A DNA stretch of 64,000 bases, taken from the NCBI GenBank assembly GCA_016200585.1, contig JACQEN010000195.1, forward strand, positions 3,939 to 67,938, read 5' to 3'. Of this stretch, positions 47,750 to 55,451 are shown in pieces. The notes under the pieces are model-generated. The model saw nothing but the letters and a program-made list of their open reading frames with translations, was not told the origin of the DNA and did no database searches. Numbering within the stretch: the first letter of the stretch is position 1; each line of letters opens with the position of its first letter. The position numbers were made by a program, and so were the translations under genes. Origin of the DNA: Deltaproteobacteria bacterium. Lineage in GTDB: Bacteria; Desulfobacterota; Binatia; HRBIN30.

Positions 47750-49162
47750 ATGAGGTCGGATGCCGCCGCTCGCGGACGCCAAGCTGAGATCGACGCCCTG
47801 CTTCAGACCGCCGCGGCCGGGAAATACAAGCCGATCTATCTCTTCACCGGCGAGCCCTTTCACACCGCGGCAGCGGCCAAGGCCGTCGTCGACGTGTTGG
47901 TCCCGGCAGCGTCACGCGACTTCAACTTCGAAAGCTACGACGGGCGCGCAACGGCGATCGGCAACGTGCTGGACAGCCTGCGGATGCGCGGATTCCTTTC
48001 GGGCGTCAAAGTCGTCTGGTTGCGCGAGGCCACGCTGTTCCTGTCAGGCGAGAAGCGCGGCGATGTGGCCAAGGCGTTGTTCCAAGAGCTGGCGGAAGGG
48101 CACGAACGAGACGCCGCCGAGAAGCTCCTCAGTCTGGTGGCCTTGGCAGGCTGGTCGCAGGAGCAATTCGCCGCTGCCGCTCGGTGGTCGGGGCTATCGA
48201 AAACACGCATCAAGGACGTTTTCGGCGACGAGCTCGATGGCCAGCAGCTGGCGTCGCTCGATGGGCTGCATCAGTTCTGCCTGGCGCGCGATCTGTTGGT
48301 TGGCGCTTACCGTGACGACAGTGGCACGTTGCTGGACTTTCTTGATGCCGGGGTGACCGAAGGCTCGGTGCTGGTGATCACGGCATCGACCGTCGACACG
48401 CGCAAGAAGCTTTTCAAGAAGGTCCAAGAGGTCGGGGCTGTGGTGGATCTCAGCGCCGAGCGCGAGCGCAGCGGCGCGCTCAGCCGTGAGAGCGTCGACG
48501 AGTTGCTGTCGCGCGTGCTCCAGTCCCACCGTAAACGAATGGCTCCGTCGGCGCACGAAATGCTCTTGCGGCGCGCCGGCGGCGATCCCGCGTTGCTCGC
48601 TGCGGAGTTGGAAAAGCTCTGCATCGCCGTCGGCGAACGCAATACGATTGATGAGGCGGACGTCGGTCGCAACGTGCTCGACATGGCAGAGTCGTGGATC
48701 TTCGACTTTACTGCCGCCCTGACGGCGCGCCAAGTGACACGGGCGCTACCGCTATTGCACGGCTTATTCGAGCAGGGAGAACCACCGCTGCGTCTTCTAG
48801 CAATGATTGTTCGCGAGGTGCGTTTGCTGCTGGTGGCGCGCGAATGTCTCGATTCTGCTCTACGCGGTACGTGGCGGGCGGATCTTCCGTACAATGCCTT
48901 TCAAAGCCGAGTGCTGCCGCAGATCGATGCGGAATCGAGCGCGGCGTTCGGCAAGTCACACCCTTTCGTGCTCTACCGGCGCTTTCAGGATGCGGCCCGA
49001 ATGTCGGCTCGGGATCTGCGTACGGCGATGATCGATCTGGCGGCCATTGACGCGCGGCTCAAGTCTTCGCGCACCGATCCGGCGTTCTTGCTCGAAGCGT
49101 TCGTCATCGGCTGGTGTCGGGGCAATGCTACGATCCGCAATCCGCCGATGGCGCGGGTCTGA
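47750..49162 (+). CDS. holA: DNA polymerase III delta subunit-like protein
   Basis: The N-terminal pattern is YKPIYLFTGEPFHTAAAAKAVVDVL..DFNFESYDG..LDSLRMRGFLSGVKVVWLRE. At 470 aa it is longer than typical HolA, so the call is moderate. Confidence 0.65.
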   Translation: MRSDAAARGRQAEIDALLQTAAAGKYKPIYLFTGEPFHTAAAAKAVVDVLVPAASRDFNFESYDGRATAIGNVLDSLRMRGFLSGVKVVWLREATLFLSGEKRGDVAKALFQELAEGHERDAAEKLLSLVALAGWSQEQFAAAARWSGLSKTRIKDVFGDELDGQQLASLDGLHQFCLARDLLVGAYRDDSGTLLDFLDAGVTEGSVLVITASTVDTRKKLFKKVQEVGAVVDLSAERERSGALSRESVDELLSRVLQSHRKRMAPSAHEMLLRRAGGDPALLAAELEKLCIAVGERNTIDEADVGRNVLDMAESWIFDFTAALTARQVTRALPLLHGLFEQGEPPLRLLAMIVREVRLLLVARECLDSALRGTWRADLPYNAFQSRVLPQIDAESSAAFGKSHPFVLYRRFQDAARMSARDLRTAMIDLAAIDARLKSSRTDPAFLLEAFVIGWCRGNATIRNPPMARV

Positions 49163-49207
49163 GACAACAGCGCGGCGAATTACGTCGGCGTACGCAGCCG
49201 ACTTTGC

Positions 49208-51562
49208 CTATGCGATCACGGCCGCGGCACGCCACGCCCCCAATTCGTCGTCCGAAACATCGAGGAGCCGCTTCAATACGTCGTCGGTGTGCTCGCCGAT
49301 CGTCGGTTCCAGGGCGCACGGTGGGCGCTGCCCTTGGTTGCGCCGCCATTCCAATTGAGGGTCTCTGCCGCAAAGATCGACGGCGGTTGCGACGACGCCT
49401 GCAGGAACTGCGGCTCGTTGTAGAGTGTTCATGACATCCGTCGGGTTTCGTTGTCGTGTCCACGCCTCGACATTTTTCGCCAAGGCGACGCGATGGCGTG
49501 CGCGGCTGGCAACCGATGCGAAGCGTTGGTCCCCTGTCCACTCTGGATGGCCGAGCGCTTCACAGAGGCGTCGCCAATCGGCCTCGTCGCGGATATCGAT
49601 GGCGCACCAGCGGTCGGCCGCCGGATCGTCGTCGTTTTCCCCCAAACAGCGAAATACACCGGAGAAGCCGTCGTTCCGCAACGACGGGTGATCAGACGGG
49701 CTTCGGCAGCCCGGCGCTTCCTCGGTTTGCGCTGGGGGGTTGAGAGCGACCATGATCTCGGCGCCGTGCAGGCTCACCAGGTTTTCGAATTGCGACAGGT
49801 CGACGAGCTGCCCCTCGCCGGTGGCTTGCCGGTGGCGAAGAGCGAGAAGGACGGCAAAGGCGCCACTCCAACCCGCCAACATGTCGGAGTAGGCGAAGCC
49901 CCAGCCAACCGGTGTGCCGGACGAGTCATGCATCAGAGAATTGAAGCCGGCTGCCGCTTGAAGGTTGGGGCCGAAGGCGACCGCGTCGCGGAGCGGGCCG
50001 TCGAGGCCGTAGGCCGACATCTTCACGCAAATGATCTCAGGGCAGATGCGGTTGAGCTGAGTGTAGTCGAACCCCCAATTCGACATCACACGCGGACTGA
50101 AGTTGTCGATGACCACGTCGGCCACGGCGACAAGCCGGCGCAGAAGCTCGCGGCCAGCGGCGTGATCGAGATCGATGGCGACACTCTGCTTGCCACGGTT
50201 CAAACCGCCGAGCCGGCTGCGCTGTCGCTGCCCGGCGGGTGCCGACTTGGGGTGCTCGATCTTGATCACTTCCGCTCCGAAGTCGGCCAACCATCTGGTG
50301 GCGACCGGGCCGGCGACGTTCCAAGTGAGATCGACGATTCGCAGACCCTTCAATCCATTGCTTGCGATCCCGGCTCTGGGATTGCTTTCTGCACGCGGCG
50401 GCTGCCCGGCGGTTGCGTTCAAGAGCTCTCGGCTGTGCTCGCCCAAAAGCGGTGGCCGGTGAACGATGCGCCAAGGGCTGCGACTAAACCGGTACGGCGC
50501 GCCGGGATATCTCAGTGCGCTACCGAGATCGTCGTGAAATACCGGTACGAAGAATTGGCGGGCCAGCAGTTGCGGATCTCCTACCAGGTGTCGGAGCGGG
50601 CGAACCGCGGCTACGGGGAGACGGCGCAGTTGCGCTGCCGCAACCAGCTCGTCAACGCGCTGCTTGCTCGTCCAAGCTTCCAACCGGTCGAACAATTCGT
50701 TGGCGTGCGCACGCCGGTAGTCCGGACTGCGCCACCGCGGGTGCTTCAGATCCGTGCCGGGATCAAGCTCCGATACCCATTCCGACCAGGTTGTCCAATC
50801 GCCAAGGCTGCTCAGCATGAGATGGCCGTCGGCTGCGCGTGCGACGCGAAAATCACGTGACCAGTGCAGGCTTCCCTGCCTTTGTGCCACGACACCTTCG
50901 CGTCGGAACAGCGTTGTCACGTGCTCGACGCTGGCAGCGACGCACTCTTGGATCGATACGTCGATGAATCGGTCCGAGGTGCCCACGTCTGCTCCGAGCA
51001 GTCGCGCCAGCGCCGCAATCGCCGCTTGCAGCCCGGCGCAGTGGAACGCTTGCGGTCCAGGACCCCGCAACGGCGGTTCGTTGGGATTTCCGTTCAACCC
51101 GGTCATCCCACCCAATGCCTGGCACACCAACTCGCTGCCGTGAAAATTTCGATAAGGGCCGCTGCGGCCGAACGGCGTGATGGAGATCCACACGAGGTCG
51201 CGATTGCTCTTCCGCACATCCGCGTAGTCGAGGTTGCGATCGGCGAGATGACCCGGTGGAAATGTTTCGATGACGAGATCACTCGAGCCCATCAGCTCGC
51301 GGAGCTGTCGGCGTGCGGTGCTGTTGTCGAGGTCGAGCACGACGCTGCGTTTGTTGGTGTTGTCGTGGGCGAACATCAGCGATTGTTCGGTCGTCGATCG
51401 ATTGCTCCAAAACGGACCTTGCCGGCGCAGCTCCGACCCGGCGGGTGGCTCAATCAGAATGACGTCGGCGCCCATATCGGCGAAGAGCTTACCGCAGTAG
51501 GCACCGGAGGCGTCGCTCAGATCGATTACACGCAAACCGGCTAGGGCGCTGGGGAGCGACAT
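49208..51562 (-). CDS. Fused tandem family-III (CaiB/BaiF/BbsEF-type) CoA-transferase, 784 aa
   Basis: There are two complete N-terminal signatures: LAGLRVIDLSDASGAYCGKLFADMGADVILIEPPAG and LKGLRIVDLTWNVAGPVATRWLADFGAEVIKIEHPKS. The start MSLPSALAG is at 51562; the ORF track extends to 51664. Confidence 0.85.
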   Translation of the reverse strand: MSLPSALAGLRVIDLSDASGAYCGKLFADMGADVILIEPPAGSELRRQGPFWSNRSTTEQSLMFAHDNTNKRSVVLDLDNSTARRQLRELMGSSDLVIETFPPGHLADRNLDYADVRKSNRDLVWISITPFGRSGPYRNFHGSELVCQALGGMTGLNGNPNEPPLRGPGPQAFHCAGLQAAIAALARLLGADVGTSDRFIDVSIQECVAASVEHVTTLFRREGVVAQRQGSLHWSRDFRVARAADGHLMLSSLGDWTTWSEWVSELDPGTDLKHPRWRSPDYRRAHANELFDRLEAWTSKQRVDELVAAAQLRRLPVAAVRPLRHLVGDPQLLARQFFVPVFHDDLGSALRYPGAPYRFSRSPWRIVHRPPLLGEHSRELLNATAGQPPRAESNPRAGIASNGLKGLRIVDLTWNVAGPVATRWLADFGAEVIKIEHPKSAPAGQRQRSRLGGLNRGKQSVAIDLDHAAGRELLRRLVAVADVVIDNFSPRVMSNWGFDYTQLNRICPEIICVKMSAYGLDGPLRDAVAFGPNLQAAAGFNSLMHDSSGTPVGWGFAYSDMLAGWSGAFAVLLALRHRQATGEGQLVDLSQFENLVSLHGAEIMVALNPPAQTEEAPGCRSPSDHPSLRNDGFSGVFRCLGENDDDPAADRWCAIDIRDEADWRRLCEALGHPEWTGDQRFASVASRARHRVALAKNVEAWTRQRNPTDVMNTLQRAAVPAGVVATAVDLCGRDPQLEWRRNQGQRPPCALEPTIGEHTDDVLKRLLDVSDDELGAWRAAAVIA

Positions 51563-51638
51563 CGTTCCCTTTTTGCGAAACAAACGAATGCGACGCAATC
51601 CCTTGGGTTTCACGCGGCGTTTCGGTAGGAGTCGACGC

Positions 51639-52469
51639 ATGCCGCGGGTTCGAGTGAGCGACATCGAGTTGAATCACGAAATCGCCGGTGAAGGCACAGC
51701 GCTGGTTCTGCTGCACGGACTGGGTGGCGATCTGCACGTTTGGGACGAAGATGTGGCGGTGTTTTCCAGGCATCATCGTGTGTTGAGACCCGACCTGCGG
51801 GGGTTCGGGGCTTCCGACAAGCCGCCGGGTCCGTATTCGCCTTCGAAGTTTGCCGCCGACCTTGCCGCCTTGCTCGATCACTGCGCCATCGACACGGCGC
51901 ACGTCTTGGGGATCTCGATGGGCGGTGTGATCGCCCAGCGCTTTGCCCTGGATCACCCGGCCCGTGTCCGTTCCCTGGTCTTGGTGAGTACATCAAGCGA
52001 GGTCGGGGCCAATGCGATTGCGGCGTGGCAGCGCCTGGCTGACAAGATTGAGCGCGAAGGCTTCGACAGCCGCACGGCCGACGCCCGACGATCGGTTTCC
52101 CCTGTTTTCGCTCAACAGCATCCCGAGGTTGTAGCGGAGCTTGGCAGACGCAACGCCTCCTGCGATCCACATGGTTATGCGGCAGCCGCCCGAGCGGTGG
52201 CCGATTACAACTGGACAGCGGAATTAGCGACAGTGACTGTCCCGGTGCTGATCCTGCAAGGTTTGGACGATCAGCTGACCCCACCCGGAGGATCGGTCAA
52301 GATGAGCCGGGTACTTCCGCAGGCGCGGCTGTTGATGGTTGCCGCAGCTGGACACAATTTACCGCTCGAGCAACCTGAGATCTTCCGCAATAGCGTCCTG
52401 GCGTTTCTTGGCGGCGTCGATATGACCTTGACCGGCGTGATTCGCGACCTCAGGCGCGTTCGCCGGTGA
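51639..52469 (+). CDS. Alpha/beta-fold hydrolase (3-oxoadipate enol-lactonase-like)
   Basis: The start is MPRVRVSDIELNHEIAGEG. Motifs are LLHGLGGD and the nucleophile elbow VLGISMGG. Confidence 0.85.
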   Translation: MPRVRVSDIELNHEIAGEGTALVLLHGLGGDLHVWDEDVAVFSRHHRVLRPDLRGFGASDKPPGPYSPSKFAADLAALLDHCAIDTAHVLGISMGGVIAQRFALDHPARVRSLVLVSTSSEVGANAIAAWQRLADKIEREGFDSRTADARRSVSPVFAQQHPEVVAELGRRNASCDPHGYAAAARAVADYNWTAELATVTVPVLILQGLDDQLTPPGGSVKMSRVLPQARLLMVAAAGHNLPLEQPEIFRNSVLAFLGGVDMTLTGVIRDLRRVRR

Positions 52470-52543
52470 AGCCTCCGTCGACGCTGCGTATTGCGGAACA
52501 AGGCTTGTTTTCAAAAGGACAGAGCTCGGCTTGAGAGGAAAAG

Positions 52544-53002
52544 ATGAAGCGACGAAATCTCATTGAAATGACCGAAGACGAACGCCGCGTGTTTCTGGCG
52601 GACGCCCGTACCATTACTTTGTCGACCATCGATCCGCGTGGCTACCCGCACTCGGTCGCTATGTGGTACGTGATGGACGGCGATTGTACGCTGATGACGA
52701 CCTACGCAAAGTCGCAGAAGACGAGAAACATCGAGCGCAATTCAAAGGTAGGGTTGATGGCCGAAACCGGGACGACCTACGATACGTTGAAGGGGGTGTT
52801 GATTCGAGGTCGCGCCGAGCTGATCCGCGAAGAAGAGAAATGCCTGGAAGTCCTCAAACGAGTACATGCAAAGATGCTGGGCTCGTTTCCCGAAGGGATC
52901 GATGAGGCGCTCCGAGCCCAGGCCCGCAAACGGGTTGTCGTCCGCGTGGTACCCGAACGCATCAGCAGCTGGGACCATTCAAAGCTAGGCGGAGTCTACT
53001 GA
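52544..53002 (+). CDS. Pyridoxamine 5'-phosphate oxidase-family (PPOX class, possibly F420/FMN-dependent) protein
   Basis: 152 aa. LADARTITLSTIDPRGYPHSVAMWY..KTRNIERNSKVGLM..VLIRGRAELI. Confidence 0.75.
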   Translation: MKRRNLIEMTEDERRVFLADARTITLSTIDPRGYPHSVAMWYVMDGDCTLMTTYAKSQKTRNIERNSKVGLMAETGTTYDTLKGVLIRGRAELIREEEKCLEVLKRVHAKMLGSFPEGIDEALRAQARKRVVVRVVPERISSWDHSKLGGVY

Positions 53003-53084
53003 GGAAGGTTCCGGCTGGCGGCGAAAACTTGCGTCGGTAATTTTCTGCGGTTTTTCCGGTCGGGAATTGAGCGAGGAACCTGGA

Positions 53085-53113
53085 TTGCAATTGCGCACCT
53101 GCCGGCGCATACA
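53085..53113 (+). promoter_or_regulatory. Candidate sigma70-type promoter, TTGCAA-N17-CATACA (weak -10)
   Basis: Read directly, about 50 nt upstream of the first stalk gene. The -10 matches only 3 of 6 positions, so confidence is low. Confidence 0.2.
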
Positions 53114-53162
53114 CGGTCGCGCGGTGTGTCGAGAAGGCGCAACGCACGGAGCCGTGGGCGTT

Positions 53163-55451
53163 GTGACAGCGAAAAGAGTAGGAATGGTACTCAGCATTGC
53201 GCTCGGCGCGGTGCTCACTCTGACCGGGGCAGGGTTGGCGTTGCAAGGCGATGCCGACTGCAACGGCACGGTCGATAGCAGCGATATCGCGGCCACGGTT
53301 GTGGCAATCTTCGAGGGATCGAGTTGTGCCGGTGGCGATGCCAACCTCGATGGTGCGCTGACGGCTGCCGATGTGAGCGCTGCGATTCGGATGGTCGGTT
53401 CGTCGCGGGCCACTGCTACGCCGACCGAGACGCCAACAGACACTCCACGCACCGAAGAGTCGCCAAGTCCGAGTGTCTCAGAAACTCCAGGTCCGTCGAC
53501 GACCGCCTCGGCGACTCCGAGCAGCAGCGCCACTGGCACCAAGGATTCAACCCAAACGCTGACCGCCACTGCGTCGCGTACGCCGACGATCGTTCCGACG
53601 ATCACTGCAACCGCTTCGAGCTCGGCCACGGCAAGTTCGACGCCCACCCTGGTGTCGTCCGCGACGCCGACGCAGTCGCCAAGTCCTTCTCCAACCGAGA
53701 GTCCGACGGATACCCCTAGTGCAACGGAATCGATACCGCCATCTGCTTCGCCAACCACTACCGCCACAGTGCCACCGACACAGAGTTCGACGGCAACTGT
53801 TTCGCCGAGTTTCACGCCGACCATTACCGTTACGTTTACGGCGAGCCGGACCGCGACGGTCACGAGAACCCTGACTTCGTCGCTGACCCCCACCGTTACC
53901 GGAACGCCTTCGTATACGATACCGCCGACGCGTACTCGCACGGAGACGCCGACGAAATCACCGACGCGTACGTGGAGCGCGACAACCACGGCGACAGGCA
54001 CGGCCACGCAGAGCCCGACCGAAACGGGGACTGCGACACGAACCGGAACGGCGACTCAAACACCGACGCGGACCGGCACTCCGACCAAAACGGCGACCCC
54101 GACGATGACGGTGACGCGCACGGCGACAGGCTCGCCAACGGAGACGGCAACCAGCACCCAGACGTCAACGCGCACGCCAACGGCAACCGAGACACCGTCA
54201 AGCACGCCGACCGTGACGACAACACCCAGTCCGACGCGGACGGTGACGGCGAGTCGGACGCCAACGTCGACTGCGACGTCGCCCGGATCTCCCACGGCGA
54301 CCGGTACACGTACGCCTACTTCGACTGGGACAGCAAGTGCCTCCCCGACGGCATCCTCAACCGCCACCCGTTCGTATACTCCGTCGCCGACTTTCACCGG
54401 CACGGCGACGGTTCCGGCGACGCGCACCGCCACCTTGACACGGTCGCCAACGCTGACTGGGACGCCGACGCGCACGGCAACGGCAAGCTCGACGCTGCAG
54501 CCGACGCTGACCGCGACGGTGACGCAAACCCCGACCGGAAGCCGCACTCCAACGGGTACTCAGACCGCCACGCCGTCACGGACAGCGACGCGCACGCCGA
54601 CGTCATCGCCCACGCTCAGCGCGACGCCAAGCTTTACGGGAACAGGAACCCGCACCCCGACGCGGACGGCGACCTTGACGGCGACCGCAACGGCAACGTT
54701 CACAACAACGCCGAGTGCTACGCTGACGCGAACCCCGACGCCGACGCCGACGCCGACACCCTCGCCGACGAAGACCGCCACACGTACCGCGACCGCTACG
54801 GCAACGGCGACGCAACCGGCGATTGGGCCGCACGTGCTGACGCTAGCGGTTGTCACCAGTTTCGATGGCTGCGTGTTCTGTTGTGAACAGAGTTGCGCGC
54901 GTACTCCTACACCAACTCCGGCCTTCGACGGACTGGGGCGGCGAATTTTCACGACGGCGAGCGGGCAGTTCGTACTCGTCGTTGAAGGTGTGGCGGGGGC
55001 TAGCGCGCGGGCGCCCGGGACGTCGCTGCAGCCGTCCTCATCCGACAACCGCCCCGATCTGTGGATCGAGAGTACCAGACCGTTGGGAAATGGCAGCACG
55101 CAAGTTTGCGATACGGGGCCGCCCTCTGCCGGTGGTGGCGGAGTTCCCGCCGTCAGCCCGCCGAGCTTTTCGTCGGGCATCCAGAGCGTTACCGACGCGC
55201 TCAACGATTTTGCCTGCCGCTTCGACCCGTCGGTCGGCGCGGCTGCTCCGTGTACGGTTTTGGATTCCACACGCGAGCCGCGGTTGATCAACTCGTCTGC
55301 TAGCGTGCAATTCTGTGACTTCGTGGCAACCACGGCGACGTTCCCGCTGGGTGACAGTGTGGTCTCGGTGGCGCTGAGAGACGTTGCCGGCAATATCGGT
55401 CCGACAGCGCAGGTGGTGGTGCACGTTGTGACGCCGACGCCCAAGCCGTGA
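53163..55451 (+). CDS. Secreted 'dockerin-like anchor / about 470-aa Thr-Pro stalk / Cys-rich head' protein, paralog A
   Basis: ORF track 53067..55451. The likely start is GTG 53163 (MTAKRVGMVLSIALGAVLTLTGAGLALQ) or ATG 53184. See the module, stalk and head sub-features. Confidence 0.8.
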   Translation: MTAKRVGMVLSIALGAVLTLTGAGLALQGDADCNGTVDSSDIAATVVAIFEGSSCAGGDANLDGALTAADVSAAIRMVGSSRATATPTETPTDTPRTEESPSPSVSETPGPSTTASATPSSSATGTKDSTQTLTATASRTPTIVPTITATASSSATASSTPTLVSSATPTQSPSPSPTESPTDTPSATESIPPSASPTTTATVPPTQSSTATVSPSFTPTITVTFTASRTATVTRTLTSSLTPTVTGTPSYTIPPTRTRTETPTKSPTRTWSATTTATGTATQSPTETGTATRTGTATQTPTRTGTPTKTATPTMTVTRTATGSPTETATSTQTSTRTPTATETPSSTPTVTTTPSPTRTVTASRTPTSTATSPGSPTATGTRTPTSTGTASASPTASSTATRSYTPSPTFTGTATVPATRTATLTRSPTLTGTPTRTATASSTLQPTLTATVTQTPTGSRTPTGTQTATPSRTATRTPTSSPTLSATPSFTGTGTRTPTRTATLTATATATFTTTPSATLTRTPTPTPTPTPSPTKTATRTATATATATQPAIGPHVLTLAVVTSFDGCVFCCEQSCARTPTPTPAFDGLGRRIFTTASGQFVLVVEGVAGASARAPGTSLQPSSSDNRPDLWIESTRPLGNGSTQVCDTGPPSAGGGGVPAVSPPSFSSGIQSVTDALNDFACRFDPSVGAAAPCTVLDSTREPRLINSSASVQFCDFVATTATFPLGDSVVSVALRDVAGNIGPTAQVVVHVVTPTPKP
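53247..53396 (+). other. Dockerin-like module (paralog A)
   Basis: GDADCNGTVDSSDIAATVVAIFEGSSCAGGDANLDGALTAADVSAAIRMV. Confidence 0.55.
53409..54817 (+). repeat. About 470-aa Thr/Pro/Ser/Ala/Arg low-complexity stalk (paralog A)
   Basis: e.g. [84 protein letters not shown]. Confidence 0.9.
54818..55448 (+). other. Conserved Cys-rich C-terminal head domain (paralog A), unrecognised family
   Basis: AIGPHVLTLAVVTSFDGCVFCCEQSC..GRRIFTTASGQFVLVVEG..RPDLWIESTRPLGNGSTQVCDTGPPSAGGGGVPAVSPPSFS..TDALNDFACRFDP..PCTVLDSTREPRL..QFCDF..FPLGDSVVSVALRDVAGNIGPTAQVVVHV. Confidence 0.7.
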
